DNA from: Carcharhinus amblyrhynchos
Lineage: Eukaryota
NCBI GenBank assembly: GCA_965287045.1
Contig: OZ336875.1
Location: 109,740,001-109,804,000 of the forward strand
DNA length: 64,000 nucleotides
Direction: 5' to 3'
Part shown: positions 12,478 to 25,848 of the stretch, in pieces
How positions within the stretch are numbered: the stretch's first letter is position 1
How the letters are laid out: every line of letters starts with the position of its first letter
Position numbers and translations under genes: made by a program
Notes under the pieces: model-generated
The model's database searches: none
Told to the model about the DNA's origin: nothing
Seen by the model: only the letters and a program-made list of their open reading frames with translations

Positions 12478-12812
12478 GCAGCATGCTGGTACAGTGGTTA
12501 GTACTGCTGCTTCACAACGCAAGGACCCAGATTCAATTCTGGCCTTGGGTGACTGTCTGTATGGAATTTGGACATTCTTCCCCTGCTTAGGTTTCCTCCG
12601 GGTGTTCCGGTTTCCTCCCACAGTCCAACAATTAGGTAGATTAACCATGCTAAATTGTCCTTGGTATCTAAAGATGGATAGGCTAGAGGGGCTTAGCAGG
12701 GTAAGAATATGTGCAGTTACAGGGATAGGGCCTGGGTAAGAAATGAAGGTGGACCAGTGCAGACCCAATGGGCTGAATGGCCTCCTTCAGCACTATAGGG
12801 AATTCTATGATC
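12478..12812 (+). mobile_element. HE1-type tRNA-derived SINE
   Basis: ggtacagtggttagtactgctgc A-box head, B-box-like gattcaattc, V-domain-like core, CR1/HER1-like tail ending ttctatga. Confidence 0.88.
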
Positions 12813-13375
12813 TCTCCTCACCTCTTGTGTTCCACATCTCCTCAGGAGTCCTCCTCCATATCCTCCCCATCACTCTTATATTCCCCATACATATCCAGTC
12901 CATTTCTCTCTTCCCCTCTTATGTTCCACACATTCCTCCCTCCCAGTCCTGCCTCCATCACCACCCCCCGACCACTCATATTCCCTCCTGCATTGCTTGT
13001 GAAGAGACACCTGAAATCTCATATCAACGTTCTTAACAGCATTGTTGGATCTTTTTGGGTAGCTTTTGTCGCTTTGCAGCTGATAATGGAATCTGGACCA
13101 ATAAAGCTGCATATACATGTAGAAATAATCTTTCAAAATTTCAGTCTTAACAAGATTATAACATCAGCATGCATGTGTTTAAATAGTCACAGAGTTGACA
13201 GAGGAAAGTGGATATTACCAAAGGAAGTATTGGGAGAGAACAGATGTAAAATGTACATTTATTGATGACCATTTTCTATTAAATGTTATGGTTCAACAGA
13301 ACAGAATTTACCATCAGTATTCATTTGAGATCCCTTCTTAGGCTTTTTTAGAACTTTGAACCTTTTCTTATAAAG

Positions 13376-13530
13376 AGTAAAGGTAAAGTCACCATAGTCC
13401 TGGATGATCATGAGCTGATGGTGATTTAACCTGAAGATCACCAGACCTTAGGCGAGGGGTAAGTTTGAGAAGGCATTACCTTCATGGATAAGCTCAACTG
13501 ATACGGGAATTGAACCCGTGCTGTTGGCAT
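13376..13530 (-). mobile_element. SINE fragment
   Basis: Reverse strand has B-box-like gggttcaattcccg and a (cttta)-type tail. Confidence 0.5.
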
Positions 13531-13709
13531 AAGATAAAAAGTTTTAAATTAATTGTTATAACATTCCTTATAATGACATTTTCATTCAGATCATTCTTTC
13601 TGAAATTCTTCAATAAAAGGGAAGTGTAAACAGACAAATTGCAATTAGTATTGTACATTGAAGTAAGGTGGTAATCTTTTATGTTAACTTTGTGTGTTCT
13701 TTCTTTCAG

Positions 13710-13889
13710 ATGTTCAATCCTGAAAATGTTGCCAAGCTTGAAGATAGTGGATGGTGAGAGGATTAGTTTCAATGATGATCTTGATGCAGAACGACATAGC
13801 AGACATTCACCAGGGAGTTTCTTGGCACTGTGTCAGACCCAGCTTCAAAACTTTGAGTTATTACTCAGGAGACATGAAACTGAACTAGA
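13710..13889 (+). CDS. LRRIQ1: LRRIQ1 internal exon (first in window; end of LRR cap region)
   Basis: ttctttcag|A...GA|gtaagt; encodes (R)CSILKMLPSLKIVDGE...SFLALCQTQLQNFELLL, resembling remembered vertebrate LRRIQ1 'LLKVLPALRILNG...FLALCQSQ'; phase 2/2, joins the next exon in frame. Confidence 0.9.
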
Positions 13890-14269
13890 GTAAGTCTCTC
13901 TTTTCACATTTCATCCCTTTTTGACTGTAACATGAAGCCATGCTTCATTCAAGCACATAGTTTTTTGACACATACATTGGTTTGATTAAAGAATTGCAGA
14001 GAACAGGAAATAGGACAATTTAGTGTAAGTATTTTCCATTTTAATATATCAACACTTGATTTGAGGTATCCACGGAGATGAGTGTGTGGGTGGAATAAAA
14101 TTCAATATTTGGTCAAAATGTCATGTTGACTTATTCAGTTTTCTACTATCGTTCAACTACATGATATCATAGTATGTAAGCAAATTAATAAAATAGATAT
14201 TTATCAAGGCTTGCATTCTTCTATAATCTTTAATATACAAAATGTCCCATTCACTAAATCAATGAATAA

Positions 14270-14780
14270 GCAAAAATGGATACTGAGCCAAAGAAGGGAT
14301 GTCAGGAAGCAGTGACTCAAAGCTTGATCCAAGAGGAGGGTTTTAACATAGCAGAAAGGGTGGAGAGACAAAGGTTTATACAGGGAATCTATAAACACAG
14401 AATTGTGGCAAAGCTGGTCATGCATTTGGCAGGAAAAGACATGTTGAAGAAGTTTAGCGAGGAAAGGGAGGTTGGAGGTTATTGTATTGTGAAGGCTGAA
14501 GGAAAGCCTTTTGAAGAGGTCTAGCTCGATAGTCAAAAAGAAGAGATAGCCAAATGGAATGATACCAATGTCGGTGATAATTAAGTCAATGAGGTCATCA
14601 CATGTTGAAGGTGAGGGTGATTGGGACAAAGAGAAAAGGTGTTTAAGAAAATAGGTCAAAGTGGAGAAAAGAAGGCAGAGATTCTTCTTACTCGGCAGGG
14701 TAATCCGACCTGGGTAGAGATGCGTGGGGTTTGATAGAGGTTGATTCGGTCCAGCTAGATCTGATGATTGAAAACAGAAA
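14270..14780 (-). mobile_element. Degenerate L2 LINE RT fragment
   Basis: ORF 14204-14800 contains ITSNLPFLAKLLQHV (L2 'PISNLPFLSKVLE.V'). Confidence 0.7.
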
Positions 14781-16183
14781 CATTTATGCATCAAATACAA
14801 GGAGTAATTTTTGCTTCATAAACATTTCTGTTTCACAGTGCACCCAGTGACTGTTTCACCTTTCTCAATGTAAGTTTATTACTAACCAATTCAGAGCTCT
14901 TTCCATTCCATAAATACTTAAATAGTACTTTCAGCCTCAAAGTGTTTATCCTGTATAATTTCCTAAATTATCTGGCTTCACGGTTTAATTGCTGGCATGA
15001 CACTTTTGCCAACATTTGTACTAATTTGCCTGAGATTGCAGGTAGCTCAAACATTGCAAGTGCAATTCTTCTTTCAGGCAACAGTTTGAGATTAAATGTA
15101 ATCACGAGTAGTAACAGGAATTTGCAGCTAGATGGTAGCAGTGAACTAGCAATATTGTCCAAATATTCCAACCTCTAATCACCCACTAGACCACAAGAAC
15201 ATGGAAAGAGCAAGAATGATAATCTGCCATTCAATCTCCCCGCTCAGTGGTGATGTTACAAGACAAGGTCAGTGAAAGCGGAATTTGTTTCTGCCACAGT
15301 GCATAAAGTACAATTGCCTGAGCACTTGGAGTTATTTAAATGAATTAATATTCTTCTATGGCAACATGGGGATTCCAGGGATAAATTTACTGATAGAATC
15401 AAAACCATAAACAAACTACATTCTGCTTAGAAAAGGACTGATGTGGATGACAGCTGTGAAAAGATGCACTCCACAATGTATAAAGTCTACTTGATGGATA
15501 TATGACAATATATATTTTCCTCCTTCAATTCTTATTGCCTGTTTTCCGAGCCAACAATATATTGTGAAAATGTCTGACTCTTTAAGCAAATCAATGTGAT
15601 ATTTCTCTGATTGCATTATATAAGAATCTTCTGATCATATTAAATTAGTTTTCTTTCACCATCATTAGCTGTCATATGTGTATGTCACAACAAAAATAAC
15701 AGCTTTATTCCTGGATCACATCTATTTGCTGGTGACCTGAATTTCAAATCTAGGTTATCTCCATCATAAAACCTTGCTTTTCCATCTTTATATACAGCAT
15801 TTACTTTTACCTCTGTCTCAAACCATCTGTTGCTGAAACTCCTATCCATGCCGTTGACACCTTCAGACTCAACCATTTTCCAATTTCTTACTCAATAGAT
15901 CAAACAACATTAGTGGGGAGAAAAAAAAGTTAACATTTCGTGTCAATGCTCTTTCATTATAAATGAAATGAGAAAGCAAATGTACAAAAGGGAAGATCTG
16001 TAATTGGTTGGAAGACAAGAGAGATTAAATTCTGTTATGATCTCAAGGGAGACTGTTAACTTTTGAAAAGAAATTCAAACTCCATAATTAACTGAAAGGA
16101 CTGTGGCACAAGGTTTCACATTTATACTAAAACTTGCACTGTAAAAGAATTAAACTAAGTGTGTAGTATTAACTTAACATGAT

Positions 16184-16386
16184 GGGCGGGATTCTCTGGC
16201 CTCCCAGTGGTATCTTTCTCTTGGCAGGATGTGGCGCACCATTGGCCAGTGGCGGGATCTTCTGGTCATACCATTGTCAATGAGATTTCCCATCGACCAC
16301 TCTCAATGCTTCTGGGAAACAAGTGGCAGGGGTGCGCTGGCGGGACCAGAAGATCCCATAGCATGAACAGCTGGAACACTCTGGCC
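16184..16386. mobile_element. Harbinger-type MITE
   Basis: gggcgggattctctggc ... gctggaacactctggcc termini; internally similar to 61915-62142. Confidence 0.6.
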
Positions 16387-17497
16387 TATATTTTGTAAAC
16401 CTTTATCCTAGAAACCTGCAAATTTTCAAATCTCAACAGCCACTTTCTGTTCTGTTTTTAATTCCATCCCAGAATTCCCCTGTACTTACCAGCATCTTGA
16501 GAGTTCTGTCTCTTCTTCTGAGCCAAAAGCAAGGTGTGCCACAACTCCCAGGAATCCACTTTGTTCCCCCTCAGTTTTCCTGCTATTATTCAATGTGTGA
16601 GATTTCTTGGGATCCTTCCACCTCCATTCGGTCAGGTGATCCTTCAGTTCTCTTTATAACTGTAGATAACCAGCACAAGCACAGCTGCACCGCTTTTTGC
16701 TCAGTGACTCCAAAATCAGAAAACATCCTTTGCTTCTGATAGTCTTTTGCTACTGGTCTCAGCTTTTCTAAGCCCCACTGCTGACAGATTTCTCTCTTTC
16801 TCTGCCTTTGTCAATGAGAAAACACACAGCTGAATCTAAGCAAAAGACTTTTTTTCCTGCAGTCCACCCCACAGCAATGTGGCACATCTGGGATGTCTGA
16901 CATGGAGATTTCAATTTGAAGTTTAATTCCCAAGGAAGGTATATGAATACTTCATAAACTTCCCTCGTTTATCAGTTGCTTTTCAAACCACCCACCTCCC
17001 ACCCACAACTGGCGAGAATCGCATGATGCCTCCTTATGCACAAGTGCTGTAAACTCACTGAAAGAAACGCTGAGAAAACCTACCATTTCCTCACTCATTC
17101 GACACTTAGGTTTTTTTGTGAAAATTCCATCCAAGACATTTCTGATAGATGTTAAAGTTGAAAAACACTAGGTGTACTAAAGTCACAGTTGTGCACAGTA
17201 AGGAAAATGGTGCCTTCAGAAACACAAAATGGTGGAAACTCTGGGATAGATGTTACAGTTTTGAACTCCAGACACACGGCAATTGCCATATTTAAAATCT
17301 GGAACATAGGTCAGTAGAACCAATTTATAGATCTCAATTTCCAAGCCCCTCTTTTACAGGTAATCTCTGTGCCTGAATTCCTGATAATGTGCAGCCCTTG
17401 TGTGGACTGTGCTATTTTTAGGCCATGGTTGTCATTAGCATCATTCTGTAAAATGCAGCACTAATTTTCTTTGCATATTTGTCCTTTTTAATAACAG

Positions 17498-17989
17498 ATT
17501 GGACTCTTTGGACATTACAGAAACACGCTGTCAGCACTGTGAGGAACTGATGCAGCTGGCTGAAGAATGTAGATATGCCCATGAGTATGGAGAGTTATGC
17601 CTTACTGAAGAGAAAAAACATCCTAATAGTCTTCCCGAGGAAGAACTCAATGTTGGAGAGCAATGTAACAAGCTGACCATTAATCATACAAAGGAAAATA
17701 GCCAGAACACTGACAGAAATGTCGTTTCTGACCCTGTTCAGACTGCTGTTACCTATACTTCTGAAAACAGAAAGCAAAATGATTATTTACCCATTGCTTG
17801 TCAGGATTCGGTGCGCAATGACCCCAGACTAATTGCAAACCAGGAGAGGACTGCAATTTCTCTGCAGGATTCCAGAACAAGGAAAGGCCCAATACAGTCA
17901 GAGTACAACAGAATAATGTCAGAACCACAGAATAAAGAGAGTTTGAGGGGGAAGCAACAACAACATATTTCAGAAGACAACTTAAAAAA
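17498..17989 (+). CDS. LRRIQ1: LRRIQ1 internal exon (492 nt; conserved start, then low-complexity linker)
   Basis: tttttaataacag|A...AA|gtaatg; ORF 17499-17993 LDSLDITE..CEELMQLAEECRYAHEYGE resembles LRRIQ1 'LM.LS.EYRHAHE.GD'; phase 2/2. Confidence 0.88.
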
Positions 17990-18697
17990 GTAATGACACT
18001 ATATTCATGTCCTTATCATTAGTGTATTATATTTTAGATGATATTTCAGAATATTTGAATAAGCCAAATAAGCACCAGTGCCTGAGACTATTTAATCTAT
18101 AGCAGAAGCCACAATTTATAGTAATTACAATTCATTACATCTTATCAAACGTCTGTTTCTATAATTATGGCCTCGTGTTTTGCATTACGTTTATGCTGTA
18201 TCGTGTAACTGGTATATACTGGAGGTGGGAGATTAATATCTGAAGCATGGGTTCAATGTGATTTCCCCTTTCTTAGACACAGGGAAATAATGGATCGTAA
18301 TACTTTAGTGCTGTGTCATCCAGCTGTGCAATAGAAAAGGATATTTTTGATTTTGTTTCACTCTCTTAAACTTTGACTTTAATATTTACTGTGATCATTG
18401 TGATATTTGTGCTGTGTTACACTATCTTCCTTCCTTACTGTGCCTGGCTTATTATTTTTGATTCTTTCTATATGGTTTTCTAGTTTAACCTTGTGAAAAT
18501 GACCAAAGCCAGCCAAAACTTCAATTTATTAAGCTTCAATATTCAACAAGAAAAACTAGCTGCCCAAGAGGTGTGTTAAAGAAAATGTGCAGTATGCTTT
18601 GGCCAGCAGCTTTGTAGAGAGAGGCAGTTCTCAATTTTAGTAAACACAGAATTTTGGTTTAGTTTTCTTCACACATAGCTTCTATTTTAATTTTAGG

Positions 18698-18890
18698 TAG
18701 AATCATAGAATGATCACAGCATGGAAGGAGGCCATTCAGTTCATCTGTACCAGCTCTGCGCAAAAGCAGTTCACCTAGTGCAGCTCCCCTGCCTATTCCC
18801 TGTAGCTGTTTCACCGCTTCATATAATGATCCAGTTCTCTTTTGAAAGCTAGGATTGAATCTGCTTCCTACAGACTCTCGTACAGTGGAT
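18698..18890 (-). mobile_element. CR1 3' fragment
   Basis: tagaatcatagaat...ggaggccattcag = reverse CR1 tail. Confidence 0.65.
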
Positions 18891-19064
18891 AAGCTCAGTT
18901 AATTCAAAATCCAGCAATTTGCACCTAGTTTCTTTTCATGAGTTGAACATCAGTCAGGCATCCAGTTCACCTGATTCCATGAATTTGCTTTTTCCCTTTT
19001 TGCCTTGCATCTTTTTCTGTTCAGTGACTTTATAGTGAAGTTGAATTTATTTTATTCAGTCTCT

Positions 19065-19190
19065 GAAAGAAAAGAAAGACAGACTTGAATTTATAAAGTG
19101 TCTCCCACGATCTCAGGCTGTTCTAAAGTGCATTAAAACCAGTGAAGTACTTTTGAAGTGTGGCCGCTTGTTCTAGTATAGGAAATATTT
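19065..19190 (-). mobile_element. Deu/AmnSINE-like SINE 3' end
   Basis: Reverse of cacttcaaaagtacttcactgg...gagatcgtgggagacactttataaattcaagtc with a (ttct)n tail. Confidence 0.55.
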
Positions 19191-19465
19191 GTCTAATATT
19201 GTTTTAAAATTTATCCAATGTTGTTATGAGGGATGAGCGACAAAGTGTTTTTTAAGCTTATTTGTCCTATATGATATTGAAGAATTCATCATTTATGCAC
19301 AATTGTTCTTCAAAATGAAAATGAAGTTGTACTAACAGAAATATTCCTAGGCAAGAATATTTTCTTACTGGTTTACTGCACTGGTGTTTGCCTTTAAACA
19401 TGATAGCTGATGCAAACTGGAGTAGAGATATAATTAACCTGGTTTTATGTCAGAGTTGTGGCATT

Positions 19466-19793
19466 TAGAATCATAGAATCCCTACAGTACAGAGAGAGTC
19501 CATTCAGCCCATTGAGTCTGCACCGACCACAATCCCACCCAGGAACTACCCCCAAATCTCTATACACTTACTTGCTAATCTACACATCTCAGGACACTAA
19601 GGGCAATTTTAGCATGGCCAATCAACCTAACCCACACATCTTTGGACTGTGGGAGGAAACTGGAGCACCTGGAGAAAACCCACGCAGACATGAGGAGAAT
19701 GTGCAAACTCCACACAGTGACCCGAGCCAGGAATCAAAGCCGGGTCCCTGGAGCTGTGAAGCAGCAGTGCTAACCACTGTGCCACCGTGCCAC
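19466..19793 (-). mobile_element. HE1-type SINE, near full length
   Basis: Reverse: ggcacggtggcacagtggttagcactgctgcttcacagctccagggacccggctttgattcc ... gattctatgattcta. Confidence 0.9.
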
Positions 19794-19889
19794 CATTTGA
19801 GATAGCAGACAATTGTTCTACTTCTTAAGTCAGGGAATAACATATACCAACCAGGTGGAAAGCAGCAAAAATTTCAGCACAAGCACAAT

Positions 19890-20880
19890 ATCAATAATTT
19901 GCATTTAGTTAGCACCTTTAATGTGGCATAACATCACAAGGCTCTTCACAAAGGTGACTTTGGGCAAAAGTTGACACCAAGCCAAAGAAGCAGATATTAG
20001 AAAGGGTGGCTAAAAGCTTGGTTAAAGATACATAGATCTTAATGTGAGAGAGAGGGACAGATTTAGTGGCAAATTTCAAAGCTTATGGCCAGGTGGTTGA
20101 AGGCATGATGCTAAAAGTGATACGAAAGATATGAGGCCAGACCTTGTGAAGCACAGTTATTAAGGGTTTGTGAGCTAGATGAGGCAACAGAGATAAAAAT
20201 GGCATGAAGCGAATTGAATTTAAGAATAAAAAAAATAAACTCTTAAGGTATTTGTAGATCAGGAAGTAAGATAGATCAGCAAGTATGGGAACGAGGAATG
20301 AGCAAAATTTGATTCAGGGTAGGATATGGGCAGGGGAGTTATAGATGAGCTAGAGTTTGTGGAGTGTGGATGCTGGATGGCCAAACAGAAGAGCATTAGA
20401 ACAATTGTTTCTTGAGGTGACAAAGGCATGAATGGGAGTTTCATCAGCAGAATAACGTTGTTATGGAGATGGAATAGGCGGTCTTTCTGTTGGAGAGAAT
20501 TTCGGATCATAAGATTGGTTTTGGCGTCAAATAGGAACGTGATGTTGTTAACAATCAACTTCATCCTTTGGCAATGGTAGGGATGGAAGCTGAGGCAAAG
20601 GTTTGGAGTTTGTTGTAGAGCTGAAGATGATGATTTTAATCTCCTCAATGTTTTACTGAAGGAATTTGTGTCTAATCCACAGCTGGATATTAGAGAAGCA
20701 AGCTGACAACTCAGAGGCTAAAGGAGGGATCGAGAGGAATCATGGAAACATATAGCTGGGAGTTGTAAATGTACAATTTGGAACTGTCACATCTGGATGA
20801 TACAACCTGGAGGCACATATATGAAAAAGAAGTTGGTAGAAATAGATCATTGAGGACTGTTAAAGATAAGACTGGGGACA
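19890..20880 (-). mobile_element. Degenerate L2 LINE 3' portion
   Basis: L2-type 3' end (atttgcatttagttagcacctttaatgt) and degenerate RT translation in ORF 20259-20648. Confidence 0.6.
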
Positions 20881-21118
20881 GGAAAGATAACCATTTATAA
20901 CATAAGTAACAGGAAGAAAAACTAATTTTTCTCTAATAAATTCTCATTATCGGCCAATGAAAGTTTAAGTTATAACTGAGTCAAAACGCCCAAAACAAAA
21001 TTAGAATCACTTGATCAATTAATGGGTGGATGGGTGCAACATTGTTCTGTGTTTTAAATAATTACTTGCTGTTTCTCCTGATTAAGAATAATGCATTTCC
21101 AAATCTTTATGTTGACAG

Positions 21119-21341
21119 CTATGCAGCTACAGTCTTACAGTCTCACTGGCGAGGATATAATATCCGTAGACAAATTCACATGTGCATGGTACTTCATAAT
21201 GCTGCTTCAGTGATTCAGTCTGCATGGAGAGATTACAGCAATAAAGTTGCTTCACGGAAGACTGCCCAAGCTTCAGCTAAGAAATGGAAGATACTTGGTG
21301 GGAAGGAGGAGAGAAGACATAGAGCAGTCACCATCATCCAG
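21119..21341 (+). CDS. LRRIQ1: LRRIQ1 IQ-motif exon
   Basis: gttgacag|C...CAG|gttaga; YAATVLQSHWRGYNIRR (IQ), AASVIQSAWRDY (IQ-like), ends AVTIIQ; phase 2/0. Confidence 0.93.
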
Positions 21342-21394
21342 GTTAGAGAAGTATAATTTTATGCATATTTGATGAAGTGAAATTGGAAAGAATT

Positions 21395-21685
21395 TAACAT
21401 AACTTTTTCCCAGGGTGGAAGAGTCAATTACTAGGGGGCATAGGTTGAAAGGAGATGTGCGAGGCAAGTTATTTACACAGAGGGTGGTGGATGCCTGGAA
21501 CTTGCTGCTGGGGACGTAGTGGAAGCAGGTATGACAGTGACTTTTAAGGGATGTCTTGACAAATACATGATTAGGAAGGGAATAGTGAAATATGGTCCCC
21601 AGAAGGGTAAAGGGTTTCAGCTCAGACAGGCAGCATGTTTGGTGCAGGTGTGGAGGGCTGTAATTTTCTTTGTTTTTCGTTCTAT
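21395..21685 (+). mobile_element. CR1 3' fragment, same subfamily as 3835-4330
   Basis: Shares gtggaagagtcaatt...ggggacgtagtggaagc...atggtcccc.gaagggta...ctgtaattttctttgtt. Confidence 0.85.
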
Positions 21686-21984
21686 AGTTGTTGCACTTCA
21701 ACAGTCAAAGAACCTGGTCAGTATGAACTCAATTTAATAAGTGTACCATGCTTGCTTGAAATGTGATTTTGGGCCCTCAAAGCTCTTCACCACTGTGGTT
21801 TTCCTTGTGTCTTGTGTATGTCTGTTGTAGACTAATTGATAAAATTTGATTATTATTAGTCAACAGCCCCATTATCAACAGCAATAGCAACTACGTATAG
21901 GCTTTATATAGGACCTTTAATAATTATCATTAGTAATTATCATTAGGTAATGCAGCTACCAAGATGATAGATGCATGGAAAGAT

Positions 21985-23480
21985 CAAAAGACTATATCAC
22001 AGAAGGGGAGCATTCAACTCATTGGGCAGGAGTTTACAGCCTCACTTGTCCCAAAACTATAAATTCAACGGACTTTTTCATGGTCTGCCCCTTGCACCCT
22101 CCAATTCCTGTGGAGGGTGGGACAGTAAAATTCCAGCCATTGTGCCTTTGGCTGCCAAAAAAGAGCTTGACAGCTTGATTCCATTTTCCAGCTCATGGTC
22201 TGTTACTCTATAGATTATGGCATTTCAAGTGCCTATCAATATCTTTTAAATACGATGAGGTTTCTGCCTCAACCACCCTTTCAGGCACTAAGTTTCAGAT
22301 CCCCACAATCTTCAGAATGAAAAAATAATTCTCCATAGCTTGCCTCTAATCCTCAGCCAATTGCTTTAAATGTGTCTCCTGGTTATTGACCTCTCAGCCA
22401 AATGAATCATTTCTATCAGCTCTGTATAGGCCTTTCATTATTGTATGTGCCTCTATTAAGACTCCCTTCAGCCTCTTCTGTTACAAAGAAAACAATCCAA
22501 GACTCTCCACTCTTCTCATAGCTAGAATTCCCCATTCTTGGCACGATTCTTGTAAATCTCCTTTACTGCCATTAGTGTGATCACTTTCTGTAATGTGTGG
22601 CCAGAACTGTACACAGTGCTCTAGCTGTGGCCTAAATATTGTTTTACACAATTCCAGCATTACTTCCCTGCTGTTATATTCTATATCTCACTAAATAGAG
22701 GAAAATATCTCATATGCCTTCTTTCCCAATTACTACTTGCCTGCTACCTTCAAGAATCAATAAATGTGCACCCCAAGGTCTCTCTGTTCTTCTACATTGC
22801 TCAGTATTCAACCATTTATTGTGTATTTATTTGCCCTTCTTTGCCTCCACAAATGCATTTTACCTCATACTTCTTTGGTTAACTTTCATTTGCTGCTTTT
22901 CTGTCCACCTGGTCAGTCTATTAACATTTCTCTGCAGACTACAGCATTCTTCTTCACTATCAACCCCCAGCCAATTTTTGAATCACCTAAACTTCTTAAT
23001 CATACCTACTATATTTAACTATAAATCATTAATATGCACTACAAACAACAAAGGACTTAGAACTGAGCCCTGCAAGAAACTACTGGAAACAGCCTTCTAG
23101 TTACAAAAAAAGTACTCATCAATACTTTGCTTTCTGCCACAGAACCAATTTTTGGCTCCAACTTATCACATGTCCTTGGATCTCATGGCTGTTACATTTT
23201 TGACTGACTACCATGTGGGATCTTAATAAAAATCTTACTAAATCCATGTAAATTACAAGAAATACAAACCCTCACTGACCTTTGTTACCTCATCAGAAAA
23301 TTCAATTAAGTTAGTCAGTCAAGACTCTCCCTTAACAAAACCTTGGTGATTCTACTTGGTTAATCTGTCCCTCAGAACTTTTCCAATAATTTTTGTTCCA
23401 CTGAAGTTAGGTTGACCATCCTATGACCATGTCCTCCATTTTTAAACAATGGTATGACGTAACCATAATCTAGTCCTCTG
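21985..23480 (-). mobile_element. Old CR1 LINE fragment interrupted by a MITE
   Basis: Reverse CR1 tail and RT remnants (NLTSVEQKLLEK; gatccccaca; ccagaactgtacacag). Confidence 0.75.
22024..22138. mobile_element. Harbinger-type MITE inserted in a CR1 tail
   Basis: TIRs ggcaggagtttac / gtaaaattccagcc; ATT duplicated at 22021-22023 and 22139-22141; removing it restores the CR1 tail. Confidence 0.75.
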
Positions 23481-23491
23481 GCACCACATCT

Positions 23492-23598
23492 GTGGGACAG
23501 AGGGGGAGGGCCTGAGTAAGATACTCTGTCAGAGTGTTGGTGCAGAATCAATGGGCTGAATGGCCTCCTTCTGCAATGTAGGGATGCTATGATTCTGT
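23492..23598 (+). mobile_element. SINE/HER1-type 3' fragment
   Basis: ggtgcagaatcaatgggctgaatggcctccttctgc...ctatgattct. Confidence 0.65.
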
Positions 23599-25731
23599 GC
23601 GCCACTGTTTTTATAATCTCTCTTTACTTCCCAGGTTCCTTTCTAACTTAATTCCTACATTTGCGATACTCCTGTAGATTTTCTGCAGTATTAAGTTCTC
23701 ACTGTCCCTGACACCGACTTCCTTTTTTTTTCTTACCCTGCTCCTTATGGGCCTTGACATCCATTTCTTTGGAGCATTAGACCCTTTTGAGCTTTGAACT
23801 GTCTTTCTGTTTAAGTTGCGATAGCCATTATTTTATCCACCTTTCCAGTGGTAAACTTCCAAAGAAATATACATGAAACTAACTCCAGAAACTTTGAGAT
23901 TAGTAGCAGGACATTCAGTCAAGCGAATGGAACACCTGTCCTGCCACACTTCTGGAAAATGCCAATGTATAACCTCAGTGAACCATTTATTTATCAAAGT
24001 GCTACGGTGGAATTGAAACATCTGTGTTTTCTTAACAATTCTGACCACTGAAAATTTCATGTTATTAGTTAATGATGTTATTGCAATACTTAATACAGAC
24101 TTTTCCAGCCCTGCAAACCACCAGGATCACCCAGTCCCACCAAAAGTCAATATAAATTTACTGGGCTGCTGAATCTCCTGTGGTGGGTCCTACCATGATG
24201 GGGCTGGAAAATCCCAGCCTTAGCTTTAATGAAATGCAGTAGGAAGTCCAAAAGATAAAATAGATTGTTGATTATTTTCATTTCTATGTCTTTGAATCCT
24301 GTTTATACTGCATTTTATTTTTTGTGAAAGCTACATGCAATTCTGGAGACTTCAGCATTTGCCAATTTCTGGACTGATGGCTGGGCTTTCCCTTACTGGG
24401 AAACAAAGGTCAGCCAGAGATACAGGGAGAGCTTCTAGGCCTGTCTGAGACACTGGTCCACCAGCTTGCCACCTGGCAGCCGCCTCCAGGTACCCTTGCC
24501 ATTTTCAGGAATCAGGATAATTGTTGGGAAGTCCCAGGCCAACTCACTTAATTGACCTCAATGGGCTCTGACTATGTTGCCTACCCATCACCTTCCGGCA
24601 CATGGCGCCTCCATCTATCCTACGTCGCACATCCACAAAAGTGGCCCAGATGTGGGATGGAGCTGGATAATCAGCAGGTCATCCAGCAGGGCTATTTTCA
24701 AGTCCCACTGGCCTCCATTCTGGCCCCTAGTGTCAGGAACAAATATTCACCCTGTCAATAATAGCATAGGTCAGCTGGAGCTCCACCCACATTCCTCGAC
24801 TAATCTACAAAACCAAAGAGCAAACCAGTTCTTCTACTGTTCAAGTGTGACATTTCTCTTTTTTACACCAGTCATTTTCATACATCCCCCAAGTAACATT
24901 GCCCAGTTAGAACTAAATTTTAATGCCTGTCATCATTTCATTTGGAATGCCCTAACATCTACCGTGGAACTGATGTTTGTTTCCCAACATTTGTGACCAG
25001 AATCACAAGTATTGTAGCCCTCCAACTCCATGCCTGACTCATCACATCTATCACTTCCAAACTAAGCTCCTTCTGCTCATATTTGTTCTTGCATTCTGAG
25101 AAGTATATCTTGAAAGAATGCTTTTCCCTACTATGTCCCATATCTTTGCCATCAGTAGTTAAACTCTTTCACAGTGGATCAAAGGAGAGAACATGCATTT
25201 GAGATCCTGATCAACTATGACCTAATCGAATGGTGGAGCAGGCCCAAGCATTTCCTCCTAATGTTCTTATGTTCCAAATTTAGAATGTCCGTTTCCGCTT
25301 ATTGCGCATGGAACAAGGAAGGGTTTCCCAAGAGCATGTTAATTTCTTCATTTTGGTTTTCATTTTTTAGGTGCAGGAGATCCATGAAACTGGTTGTATC
25401 AATTTACCCTCAGTAATTTCAAGCTATTTTGCTCTTTATTCATGTTTTTGCTGAATCTTGTAATGAATCTTGAATGAGTGGTACTGTAAATAATAAATAT
25501 TTTTAAGTCTGTGATGGTGAAATTAACACATTTCTTGCAGTTTACAGAAAAGATGATTATAGCTGTTTAGAAACTGTTCTTTGCTCATTTATGTCTAGAA
25601 ATTAATGTATAAGTATTCTGCAATCAACATCCAACTCAAGTGTAAATACTGTCATTCTTTTGTTTGCGGATCATTTAACTTTCGATGCTTTGATTTTATT
25701 TAAAAATTCAATACATTGTGGATTTATTTAG

Positions 25732-25848
25732 GCACATTGGCGAGGCTATCTCCTGCGGAAGAAGTTGTCTTATGCTTTAGCAGCTGTTCAAACTGAGGAA
25801 GATGATGTCTTCGAAGCAGTTGATTTGAGTGAATTTACATTTGATGAG
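25732..25848 (+). CDS. LRRIQ1: LRRIQ1 exon completing a split IQ motif
   Basis: tttatttag|GCA...GAG|gtaaat; AHWRGYLLRKKLSYALAAVQTEEDDVFEAVDLSEFTFDE (39 codons); phase 0/0; absent from the ORF track. Confidence 0.93.

Noticed and set aside
19622-19843. tRNA genes or small proteins at SINE heads (also 12460-12768, 42667-42864, 51929-52206)
   Set aside because: These are tRNA-derived SINE heads continuing into SINE bodies; the ORFs are incidental.
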